From: Octopus sinensis
Lineage: Eukaryota
Assembly: GCF_006345805.1 (NCBI RefSeq)
Contig: NC_043007.1
Coordinates: forward strand, 30,628,001 to 30,692,000
Direction: 5' to 3'
DNA length: 64,000 bases
The notes beneath the pieces were generated by a model that worked only from the letters and a program-made list of their open reading frames with translations, was not told the origin of the DNA and ran no database searches. Positions 53,071 through 64,000 of this stretch are shown piece after piece; within the stretch, counting starts at the first letter, position 1, and each line of letters opens with the position of its first letter. The position numbers were made by a program, and so were the translations under genes.

Positions 53071-54494
53071 GACACACACACACATAATCTATTAATGATT
53101 GTTTTTATGTTACGTAATATATAGTATCGATTTAACCCAAGATATAAGCCTCTTATTGCAATCTATCGAAATAAAATTAACCGACCGATAACATTAAGCA
53201 GATGATATAACATTATCCTGAGCACGTTCAACATTCTCTTGTTTATAACAATAACCAGTTGATTATATTATCGTTGAGTGTAATAAGCAGCAGTTTCCAC
53301 TGTTGCAACGTGTGTGCGTGCGTGCGTACATGTGTGCGTATTTATGTGTGTGTATTTGTGTGTACATGTGTGCGTGTCTGTCTGTATGTGTATGTGCGTG
53401 TCTGTGCACATGTATGTATGTGGGGGTGTCAGTGTGTACATGTGTGTGCGTGTATGTGTGTGTATGTATGTGTGTGCGCGCGAGTCTGCGCACATGTGTG
53501 TGTGTGTCTGTGTGTATGTGTGTGTTTAACATTTAAGCAGCAAAAGCGTTTCTTTTCCGCCATTTTAGAAATGGCTACTTTTCTCCCAAGTCGACATGCA
53601 GTAATGTGTTCTCTTCTGCGATAAACTTTGTTGCCAGCATCTAATTGTATCAGCTCGGACATCTTCACTTCACTTTACGCATGCCTCTCAGCATTTACTG
53701 GTCCAAAATAAATCTTCTCGCCAAATTCAGATCAATTTTGTATTATAAGTTACACTTGATATTTAACAAAACGGAAAGCAAACTGCCACTCATTAACATT
53801 ATGATGTCTTCTTTCAAATAGAACGTGATATCTTCAATGTAACTTTACTTTACTTTGGTACATAAACGGGTGGTTTTCACTCAAACACGATCCATTTGCA
53901 TCTATACAAGAACATGCATACCTCTCTTTCCTTCTATCTCCCCCACCTCTCCCTATTTCTCTCAAAATATACTTATACCATATGGCTTTGGCTTCTGTAA
54001 TTTGGTTTAACTCATCATGAAAGATGTCTACTTCATTTTACTCCTATTAACGGAGGGTATAATACATATTGTGTGGATGGTTCCGTCTTGTGACCTGAGC
54101 AGTGGCCATCACGGGTTATCGTAGGTGCTGCCGAGCTACCGGCCCCTATGAAGGTGAAGAGAAACTCTTGTTATCAAAGCCATTGTTCTATACGTAGGAC
54201 AGTCCGTTGGAAAAGACCATCGAAGTAAGCCGAACCTAATATTTTCCCTTTGACATCTGACATATGATACAGTATGCACCTGTACAGGTAATGTCAATGG
54301 TGGAAGTGAGCTAATATACAACACTGGAGCGTTTGATCTTTCTATGCAAATCTTCTGTGTTCAGCAAACAGGTAAATGTACCAAAATACAGAACATTCAT
54401 CTATCGATTACTACACGAGCATCCTCCATACATTTATACATACATACAAAAATACCCTGAGCCTAGTTTAGAAAATAATATTCATAGAGTCGAC

Positions 54495-54710
54495 AAGGCG
54501 GCGAGCAGGCAGTGATGTTAAAACACCGGACGAAATGTTTAACTGCATTTCGTCCGCCTTTACGTTTTAAATTCAAATTCCGCTGAAGTCAACTTTACTA
54601 TTCACCCTTTCAGAGCCGATAAAATAAGTACCATTTAAGCACTGGTGTCGATGTAATTGGCTTCTCCCATCCCCCGAAAAGTGCTGGCCTTGTGCCACAA
54701 TTTGAAACCA
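54495..54710 (+). mobile_element. SINE family B copy
   Basis: AAGGCGGCGAGC head, GATAAAATAAGTACC core, GCTGGCCTTGTGCC tail. Confidence 0.85.
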
Positions 54711-55534
54711 ATGGTTATAGAGCCGTATGTCCCTCGGTTAATGCTGCAGTCAAGAAGAACTAGCTCTGTCACATGTGATTGACCAAGATTTGTGCTACGT
54801 CGCTGACAAAGAAATTCTCGGTCAGAGCAATACATTTTCAAACCCCTGAGGGTGAAGTGGCGATGAAAATATTTATCACCAGGTTCATGAGGGGAAAATA
54901 ATTTCAATAAACCTCCGTCCTAATAAATGGGAAAAAACTTGATGGCGGGGGAGTTTCATCCTCCCCATCCGCTTCTCAACATGAAACCGGAGCTAAGCAG
55001 TGAGTTCTCAAAAGCTTCTCGGAGGCGTTATTAATTTTTTTTTTATCACATATTACACTTGGAATTACTGCAAATTTATGGCACGGTGCCATTGCTAGAA
55101 AATCAATAACACCCCCATAACTCTATAAGCTTAAAAAAGTATAACCACATATCCTTTAATATATCAAGTTACCGCCGCTGCGCGAACTCCATGAATATAA
55201 ACAAATATATGAAATGGAAACTATGGCAACGGAGGCAAAGTAGGGCAACCACAACAACAATAATAACAATAATGATCGAAGAGATGTGAAGGTGGGGGTG
55301 AAGGAGGATTGAACCCGGCTCTCTAGTTTATTGGCATCTTATTTATTGGTTAACGGTTAATTCTTTTCATTTCCTGTTCTAACACATTTCCTTTGTGAGC
55401 GACGGATTTGTAAGGGATGCAACAGCAAAATGGCGGAATACTCCACACGCGCGCGCGCGCACGGACACACACTCACACACACACACACACATAAAGTCAA
55501 TCACACACAGATGCATGCATGCATTTTTCTCCTT

Positions 55535-55740
55535 TATCTTTCATATCTCTTTTGTTTCAGTCATTAGACTGCAGCCATGCTGGGGCAGGGTCTTGAAGAA
55601 GTTATAGTCGAATAAATCGAAACTTTTTTCTTTAAGCCTGGTACTTATTCTATCAGTCTCTTTCGCCAAACTGCTGAGTAACGGGGACGTAAACACACCA
55701 ACATCGATTGTCAGGCGGTTGCGGTGGACAAAGATACACA
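55535..55740 (-). mobile_element. SINE family A 3' half
   Basis: Reverse-complement homology to 3850-4040. Confidence 0.8.
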
Positions 55741-55822
55741 CATACATACATGTATACACACACACACACACACATATACATATATACATACATATATATG
55801 TGTGCGTGAGCGTGTGTATGTG

Positions 55823-55873
<51 letters not shown>

Positions 55874-56949
55874 TATATATACATATATACACATAAATAC
55901 AAAGAGATATCTATGATAAAAACACACAAACACATTTATGTGTAAGCATGTGAATATACAGGAAGTGATTTCTCTGTTTAGAATTAATGTGTTCATATAA
56001 TTTGTTCTTGCCTGTCTGTCTTTGTCAGACAGGCAAAAACAAGGACCGATCATTCCTGTCCTTCTATTCCTCAGTCAAGTCTCCAACTATCATTACAGTT
56101 TCGGTCTGTTATACTTGAGACTATACACAATTGGTTGGCCCCAAAAATCTAAGCTAAGAGCATTTAATTTTTGGCGAATGTGTACAACACACACACAAAA
56201 AAAAAACGAATACTCGCACTCTTATATACATAATTAACGCTGAATTTCCTCCGGTTTCATTTAAATAAGGTATTTTAATCAAACTGCTACGTTCATCAAC
56301 ACTAAAACCATAACACCACCACCACCACCAATACCACCACCACTACCAACAACATCATCATCATCACCACCACCACCATCATCGTCATCACCACCACAGT
56401 CACTAGCTTCTGAACTTAAAAGGCACCTGAATAAGTGACAGGTTTAATTTCCGGTATGATTATTTTTCAGCAGATGATGTACGTTGTTTATTAGATAACA
56501 CATGTGTGTGTGTGTTGTGTGTGTGTGTGTGTGTGTGTGTGCATATGTGTGTGTATGTGTGCATGTGTGGGGGCTGGTTGTTGGCTTATATACGCTTATG
56601 TGTGTATAGATGCAAATATATATATATATATATATATATTACATGTATGTATATGTATATAAATGTATATATAAAGATATACAGATGTATGGATATACAG
56701 ATGTATGGATATACATATGATGTACTGTAATCTAATATGCAAAATAGATGTGATAATATAAATGTAAAATACGGTAGATTCTGATATGTAAATATTTAAT
56801 TTTCTTTTGTGTGTGTGTGTGTGCGTGTGTGTGTGTGCGTGCGCGCGTGTGTGTATGTAAGTGTGTGTTTATGTGTGTATGTGTGTGTTTCTGTGTGTAC
56901 GTGCGTGTTTGCGTATGCGTGTGTATACGCACACACACACATATATTTA

Positions 56950-56984
<35 letters not shown>

Positions 56985-56985
<1 letters not shown>

Positions 56986-57047
56986 GCTCTGATGAAGCTA
57001 GGCGGTGAGACACAAACACTCAACCACAGCAGAAACAGCCGTAAGCT
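56985..57047 (+). ncRNA. Type I hammerhead ribozyme-like motif with extended stem II
   Basis: AGCT-CTGATGA-(AGCTAGGCGGTGAG..CTCAACCACAGCA)-GAAA-CAGCCG-TA-AGCT directly after (TA)n. Confidence 0.55.
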
Positions 57048-57269
57048 AATGAATTTCACGACAGAGTTACCCATTCCCTCGTCCTTCATTCGATTTCTTA
57101 TTATCGCTCTGTGCTACATTGACACTTTGTTCTGAGACATAAGCATATTGAGTTCTAACACCAGGTTATTAGTATCACTAGGCCAAACGAAATAATACAT
57201 GTGTGTGTGTGTGTGTGTATTTGTGTGTTTCTGTATCTCTGTGTGAGTGTGATGTGTGTATGTATATAT

Positions 57270-57590
57270 GTCGTTATTCAGATTTCTTGGAAATAGAGAA
57301 AGAACCGGTTTCTAACCTAGATTCAAGACTCCTTCATTGGAATTCCAACATCAACAACAAGGTATTTTTGTATATATATAAACATGGAGATTTGTATGTT
57401 TTGTTTTATGTGTCTTCTCATGCATATCGCATGTATACTCAAATGATAAACTTCTGGAAAGTTTTACAGATTTTTACAGTTCCATTGATGGATTGTAGTC
57501 TTCGAATTAGCTTTCTCCTTTCTGGTTTTGAGAAGCCTAATTTCTCAAGACTGGTATTTAGGCAGTGTGTTACATATCCTAGTGCCACAA
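57270..57590 (-). mobile_element. Element embedded in (ATAC)n-type repeats, same family as 32508-32583
   Basis: Shared 3' end ..GAATCTAGGTTAGAAACCG..AAGAAATCT..AATAA(C/T)GACATA. Confidence 0.6.
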
Positions 57591-57752
57591 TGTATGTATG
57601 TATGTATGTATGTATGTATGTATGTATGTACGTATGTGTGTGTATGTATGTATGTATTTATGTATGTATGTATGTAGGTAGGTATATAGGTAGATAGGTA
57701 GGTAGGTAGGTAGGTAGATAGGTAGGTAGGTAGGTAGGTAGGTAGGTAGGTA
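57590..57752. repeat. (ATGT)n/(AGGT)n microsatellite
   Basis: Direct reading. Confidence 0.95.
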
Positions 57753-59079
57753 AATTTATCAATTTGCGAAATAACTGATTTAGAAATGTAATCAAAGGAG
57801 GAATTCCAACCGCGTTTCGTGGTTTGCTACCACAACAGCTCCTTTATAGGATCCAGTGGCTAAATACATCATCAGGAGGGACCACGTCCAGTTTCGGCCC
57901 CTACTCCTCCGCTGTTTTCGACCTGGCGCCCTCCACCCCGCTTTCAGAGGTTTCTTCAGCACTGATGATGGGTGCATTTCTTCTTTCTCCTTCTTTCTTC
58001 TGTTCCTTGGCCTCTTCGATGTAGCGTCAACGAGTGTCATCGGGCGACTGACCATCTTGCCAAATTTCTCTTTAAATACTCGCAGGTAGGCTCCAGCAGC
58101 CAGCACCAGCTAGCTGTCACGTGACAATATTATCTGAAATTTTATGAGAGAGAATTTCGAAATGAAAAACCAATTTGCAATTAACTTTACAATACCTTCC
58201 CTTTTCATATTTTTCCTTTTCCATGATGCTGCTTACACAATGTTGTTGGGAAGCGAAAAGAGAAATCTCTAATAACGGTGTTTAATAACCAACATTTGAG
58301 AATTTACTTCTTCGTTTCGTTTACTCGAGAGATAAAGCTTATTTTTAAACAATCTTGCTTCGTTTTGTTTATCTTTGAGTCCTGGTGTTGTATGTTCTTC
58401 AAGCAAACGGTCCTTGTACTTCTCTCTTAAGTAACTCTCAATATCTTCCGTGTGTGCTTATACATGTGTGTGTTTGAGAGAGCGCGGGCGTCTGTTCATG
58501 CACGCGTGCGCGTGTGTGAGTAATCTGCAACAATATAAGATCAACAACGAGAGCAATTTTGCCTTCAATCATTGTTTTTCTTTTACTTTTTGAATATAAA
58601 CCATAAAGATAATTGAAAATCTATTATCCTTAGTAATGTGTGTACTAAGTTCTATACACTAAGATCTGTGTGTGTGTTTGCTATTTAGATTTTTAAGTTG
58701 TTAGTCTCACATTTTTCTTTTCACACATCCATGGATGTTTGTAGACACGTTTTTATCCGTTAATCCGTGCACTTTAATCCTGGCATAACTACTTTATAAT
58801 TCACATCTTCCCCTAAACCTCTGTTTCTATGGTTCTTTCTCTTTCATCGTCTGAACGTGTGTGTGCGTCTGTACTGTTTCTTTACTCATTGCCTGGAAAC
58901 AAGCCCACTATGTGCACTGATTCTGCTACTTTTATGTTAGCACCTTCTGCTTGTCCCTTTTGCTCACCCTCCTCCTCTTTCTATACGATGTAAAGCGTAT
59001 CTGGAGAATTCGACAAAACTACCAACAATTATACCGGATATTACTAAATACATACACATATACACACACAAACACACAT

Positions 59080-59177
59080 CTATATATACACACATGCATA
59101 CATATAGGAAGATATATATATATATATATATTTATGTATGTGTGTGTGTGACTTAATTATACACACACATATATATG

Positions 59178-59242
<65 letters not shown>

Positions 59243-59465
59243 GTATGTGTGTGTGTGACTTTAATTATACACACACATATATATGTAGGTATATATATAT
59301 GTATATATATATATATATATTATATATATATATATACATGTGTATGATTTTTATTATGCACACATATATATATGCATATGTATATATATATGTATATATG
59401 TATATATATGTATATATGTATCTATATGTAGGTATGTATATGTATGTATGTATATGCACACACAC
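59080..59465. repeat. (TA)n-rich array with local duplication
   Basis: TTTATGTATGTGTGTGTGTGACTT..ATTATACACACAC repeated at about 59131 and 59238. Confidence 0.9.
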
Positions 59466-59984
59466 ATAATTAGGTTTGGCCAGTGTTGGTCATGTCTAAC
59501 TTAATAGCCCTACCTGTATATATTCATATATATATAATTAAATAGATGCCGGTACGCTTACCTATATGACTATGTGTGCGTGTCTGTCTTTGTGAGTGAC
59601 TGTGTATGTGTGTGTATATGTTTATTATATATTTTAATACAAAGGTATATTTATATACTAGGTGAATTATTCTACTTTCCTAACTTATTATACCCATTAG
59701 CTGCAACTTTTTTTCCGATTCTTTAGGTAATTATTCTAAGCCATCAATTCGTATTGATTGCTGGGATATCAATGAAGGAAGATCGTTCTCCTTAATATTT
59801 TTAATTGGCCGTCACGCATTTCTCTTATCTGTTACATGTGTTATTATTGGTTATTATTGTGTCTATGTTTTTCTTTCAGAACATTTAAACAATCGATTCG
59901 ATTGTTCGTCACAACTTCTCAAGCACTTGCGTGTTTTTTATATTTTTTTTGTTTCCAATATTTTTCTTTGCCTTTTGCATCTCT

Positions 59985-60335
59985 TTTGCTTGTCTCACTC
60001 ATTGGACTGCGGTCATGTTATAGCGCCGCTTTGAAGAGTTTGTCGAACGAGACGAGCCCAGGGATTTTTTTTAAAACCTGATACTTATCCTATCGGTCTG
60101 TTTTTGCGAAACCGCTAAGTTACAAGGACGTAAACAAACCAACACCGGTTGTCAAGCGATGATGGGGGATAATACACACACATATAGACATATACATATA
60201 CGATGGGCGGCTTCTTTTAGTTTCCGTCTACTAAATCCACTCACAAGGTTTTGGTCGGGCCGAGGCTATAGTTGAAAGCACTTGCCTAAGGTATCGGAGC
60301 TGTGTGATTGGGAAGCTAACTTCTTACCCAACAGT
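59985..60335 (-). mobile_element. SINE family A copy
   Basis: Reverse-complement homology to 3641-4040. Confidence 0.8.
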
Positions 60336-60411
60336 CCTACCAGTGTGGTAACATCGTTGCAAATCGTCCTCGAAAGGTTTCAGTCTCTGGCCGTAAATGG
60401 AAGCAAGTAAC

Positions 60412-60760
60412 AATAAGCGCACTCAAAGAGCGCAAACCTCCGCCAAAGCAACACCAATGTCCTCTCAACGATTAGCCAGACATGATTTTTTAAATGAGAA
60501 TATCGGAATAAAACTCGACCGCTCTCACAAACGAGAATACTAAAAAATGAGTCTGACCACTCTCAAAAATTAAGTAAAAAATCCAGAATCCTTGTCCGGT
60601 ACCAGATCGATCCCAAACGTGCCAGTCACGAGGCAAAACATCCCTGAAAGTTTCATTCGAATCCATCTCGCGGTTCTTGAGATATCTTGTCCATGGACAA
60701 ACAAACAAACAAGCACGAATGAAAACTAGACCTCCGCCTTCGCTAAGGCGGAGGTAATAA
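60412..60760. mobile_element. Non-autonomous Helentron/HINE-like element
   Basis: Subterminal ACCTCCGCC near the left end; terminal hairpin ACCTCCGCCTT-CGCT-AAGGCGGAGGT (60730-60755); (CAAA)n microsatellite inside. Confidence 0.6.
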
Positions 60761-60946
60761 TATAAAAATTCCCCTTTGGGTGGGCACCTTCTGATTCTAC
60801 TCATTCATGCAAAAGCACATTGGAAGTACAACACCTACATTCCAGACAATCCACTCTAATTTATGCTAATTTATGCTAATATTCTGGCACCTGTACTTCA
60901 TTGAATTATTTGAGTGGATTGATGAAAGTGCCCACCACCACCACCA

Positions 60947-61281
60947 CCAGTGCGTAACTGGTACTTATTTAATCGACCCCGAAAGGATGAAAGGCAAAGT
61001 CGACATCGGCGGAATTTGAACTCAGAACGTAACGGCAGATGAAATACCTATTTTTTTATTACCCACAAGGGGCTAAACACAGAGGGGACAAACAAGGACA
61101 GACATAGGTATTAAGTCGATTACATCGACCCCAGTGCGTAACTGGTACTTAATTTATCGACCCCGAAAGGATGAAAGGCAAAGTCGACTTCGGCGGAATT
61201 TGAACTCAGAACGTAACGGCAGACGAAATACCGCTAAGCATTTCGCCCACCGTGCTAACCATTCTGCCAGCTCGCCGCCTT
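60947..61281 (-). mobile_element. Head-to-tail dimer of SINE family B
   Basis: Full unit 61048-61281 joined to a headless unit 60947-61047 at GAAATAC|CTATTT. Confidence 0.9.
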
Positions 61282-61509
61282 TCTGCGTGTTTATAGGAAA
61301 AACATTAGGAACAAGATATGGCTGCTTCACAAATGGTTATATAAATAACATATGGCTATTTTTATTGTCTTAAGAATTAATCGGAGAATTACAGGAAGGA
61401 CTTCTGTCTTGTGTGAGTCGTTGAACGGATCAAAATAGCTTTGGTCAGTTTGGATATCTATGAGTCAACGACACCAAAGCTTGGTCAAGGAAACAGCAAA
61501 ATAGTCGAT

Positions 61510-61800
61510 CGAATAGTAAGAATTAGTAGCAAAATCTCTTTCTATTCACAGCCGCCCAGCTCAAAGGAAGGGCGGTTCGACAGTGCAGTTATAAACAAAC
61601 AGATGGGACAGTCGTGGTTAGAAGGTCAGTCGATTGCAACAATAACAACAATAACTATTACAACTGAATGAGGTACGAGCCAGAAATGAGGATCTTATGT
61701 AACCATAATCATAGAAATAGCAGCGAAATTTTCCTCTCATACACCCAATCATCTTTAAAAAGAAGGACGAGTTGATGGTGGCTGGAATGCCTTTGAGGCG
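61510..61800 (+). mobile_element. Two degenerate family E copies
   Basis: AGAATTAGTAGCAAAATCTC..GGGACAGTCGTGG and AGAAATAGCAGC..GATGGTGGCTGGAATGCCTTT. Confidence 0.45.
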
Positions 61801-62269
61801 TTTCATTACTTTTCTTTTCCTTTGCATATAACAACCGATATTAATAATGAAGCGAAATATCCAGAATTTGAGGGTTTCTCCAGTCAAGGCTTCCCTCAAC
61901 AATAAATAATTTACGATAAAACGTGGTGGCCAAAATGAATGCAACAGAAGAAGATTTGCTAATAAAGAAAAGAGAGGTCCGTTTGTTGAAAATGGAATCT
62001 ATCTAGAGAGATTTTTTTTTCTCTCGTATACCAAACTCTGTCTTCTATTTCTTGATAAAGAGCTAGAAACCGAAACGTCGTACCTTAATTATATTTAACT
62101 ACGTTTATTTTAACTGCCATACTTTGACTTGACATTGAAAGGTTGACCTGAAAGTTCAATCTTAAATGACAACAACACCTTGATTTCTTAATTATTTATT
62201 AAGCTGTTGCAGTTGCATAATGTAAACTAAGTCGGGCAGAGATGATTGTTTAAAATGACATGCTGATGG

Positions 62270-62337
62270 GGAGAGACAGAGAGACAGACAGAGACAGAGA
62301 CAGAGACAGACAGAGAGACAGAGACAGACAGAGAGAC

Positions 62338-62390
<53 letters not shown>

Positions 62391-62876
62391 GAGAAACAGA
62401 CAGACAGAAGCAATAGAAATAGAACTGATATAAAGCGAGGAAAGAAGCAGTGAGTGAAAGGGAGAGACAGAGAGAGCGAAAACAAAAAGAGAGGCAAAGA
62501 GAGATAGAAAGCTGTAAAGACGGAATAAAGAGGGAGGTGCAGAGAAAAGCAGACCGAGAGATAAAGAGGGAGAGAGGGGAGAGAGAGAGATAAGAAGAGA
62601 GATGCTGAGACAAGATAACAAAGAGATAGAGAGTAGAAGAGAGAGAGAGAGGGAAGAGAGACATGAGTAATGCAGAGTAAGAAAGAGATGAAGGCTGACA
62701 AAGGAGGAAGGAGTAAAGGAAAACATAGAAGATTAGAGAGTGAGGGGGAGAGAGAGGGAGAGAGGGAGAAGGAGGGAGGGAGGGAGGGAGAAAGCAGGCA
62801 AAGAGAAAGATCGAGAAAGAGAAATACTACGATGTACAGACAACAATGAGAAAAAGAGAAGAGAAGAGAGAGAGGG

Positions 62877-62908
<32 letters not shown>

Positions 62909-63040
62909 ATAAAAATGGAGAAAGAGAGGATGGAGAAGATGAGAGAGAGGGGGGAGAGAGAAAGAGAGAGACGAAATAAAAATGGAGAAAGAGAGGATGG
63001 AGAAGATGAGAGAGAGGACGGAGAAGATGAGAGAGAGGAA
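62270..63040. repeat. (AGAC)n plus AG-rich polypurine tract
   Basis: Direct reading; local duplication AAAATGGAGAAAGAGAGGATGGAGAAGATGAGAGAG at about 62911 and 62979. Confidence 0.9.
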
Positions 63041-63126
63041 ATGAAGATTAAAATTCAAACGAAACTAAAACATTCAAAGAAACAAAAAAACTATATTTTT
63101 TTAAAAGCTGATGGATTAGAGAGAAA

Positions 63127-63240
63127 ATAACAGTGTCTATCCACCCTGGGTGGCCACGGGTCGATAATGTTGGATCGGCAATAATTATAACCGTGTATAT
63201 CCACCCTGGGTGGCCAGTGGCCAATAACTGAGCATCGGCT
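63127..63240. repeat. Two-copy 60-bp tandem repeat with palindromic core
   Basis: CCACCCTGGGTGG at 63141-63153 and 63201-63213, flanks aligned at period 60. Confidence 0.85.
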
Positions 63241-63334
63241 TTAATTGTTAAGCAGGTTATTACGCTATAACATTCCGGTAGGGACATGTTTAATGGAAAT
63301 GAAGTCCATCCTCACCAGATTAACTGTTCCAACT

Positions 63335-63633
63335 ATACACACATACATACACACATACATATACATACATACACACATACAGATATACAAACATATACAT
63401 ACATATATATATACATACATGCATACATACATACATACATACATACATACATACATACATACATACATACATACATACATACATACATACACACATACAT
63501 ACACACATACAGATATACAAACATATACATACATATACATACATACATACATATACATACATACATACATACATACATACATACATACATACATACATAC
63601 ATACATACATACATACATACATACATACATACA

Positions 63634-63665
<32 letters not shown>

Positions 63666-63695
63666 CACATACATATATACGTACGTACATATATA
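63335..63695. repeat. (ATAC)n microsatellite
   Basis: Direct reading. Confidence 0.95.
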
Positions 63696-63696
63696 T

Positions 63697-63810
63697 TGCC
63701 CTGATGCAGCTCCCGGCAATGGCTCTCATTGCTTCTGATCTTAACTGATCGGAAGTGTTATCATGTACATTGTTTTGTCTTGGTGTAAAAGATGGGCTGC
63801 AGCAAATATA
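63697..63810. repeat. Family F fragment, opposite orientation to 1-276
   Basis: Reverse-complement match to 240-276. Confidence 0.55.
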
Positions 63811-63819
63811 TATATATAT

Positions 63820-63944
63820 ATCCGGCGGACGTCTTTCAGTTTCCATAAACCAAATACACTCACAAGTCTTTGATCAGCCTGTGGGACTGAACCTGGAAAT
63901 GTGTGGTTGGCAATCAAGCTTCTTACCACACAGCCACGCCCGTG
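63820..63944 (-). mobile_element. SINE family A 5' half
   Basis: GGGACTGAACCTGGAAATGTGTGG..CTTCTTACCACACAGCCAC. Confidence 0.8.
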
Positions 63945-64000
63945 TAATGTCTTCCAGATAAATTAGATATAATCCATATTTCTGGTCAAATCACTGCGAT

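Noticed and set aside
60778-60935. Short inverted ends GGTGGGCAC/GTGCCCACC
   Set aside because: Only 9 bp, no TSD, no second copy in the window
61618-61944. 108-aa minus-strand ORF
   Set aside because: Overlaps a degenerate family E repeat on the opposite strand; no recognisable motif

Overview
Eukaryotic, AT-rich, repeat-saturated DNA, most likely an octopus (coleoid cephalopod) intronic or intergenic region. The species call is inferred from recalled SINE, mariner and microsatellite content and was not checked against a database. I found no host protein-coding exon I can support; almost all ORFs in the track are translations of (TA)n, (ATAC)n, (AGAT)n, (AAT)n and (GGT)n microsatellites. 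Supportable content: a decayed full-length DD34D mariner (14437-15693), further mariner/maT remnants, a CR1/L2-group and an RTE LINE 3' fragment, three different R4/Dong-like restriction-endonuclease LINE fragments stacked in (TAA)n arrays (7.1-9.6 kb), a non-autonomous Helitron, a Helentron/HINE-like element, a hAT-type MITE, about 35 copies of five or so SINE-like families (three with clear TSDs), and a 100-N assembly gap at 31378-31477. The most interesting signals are several minimal type I hammerhead-ribozyme-like motifs next to microsatellites (probably Penelope-like element ends, one pair in a palindrome), a back-to-back tRNA-like palindrome inside inverted (AAT)n tracts, head-to-tail SINE multimers with a recurrent junction, an in-frame 39-bp amplification inside a mariner transposase, and an apparent partitioning of mobile elements by microsatellite type.
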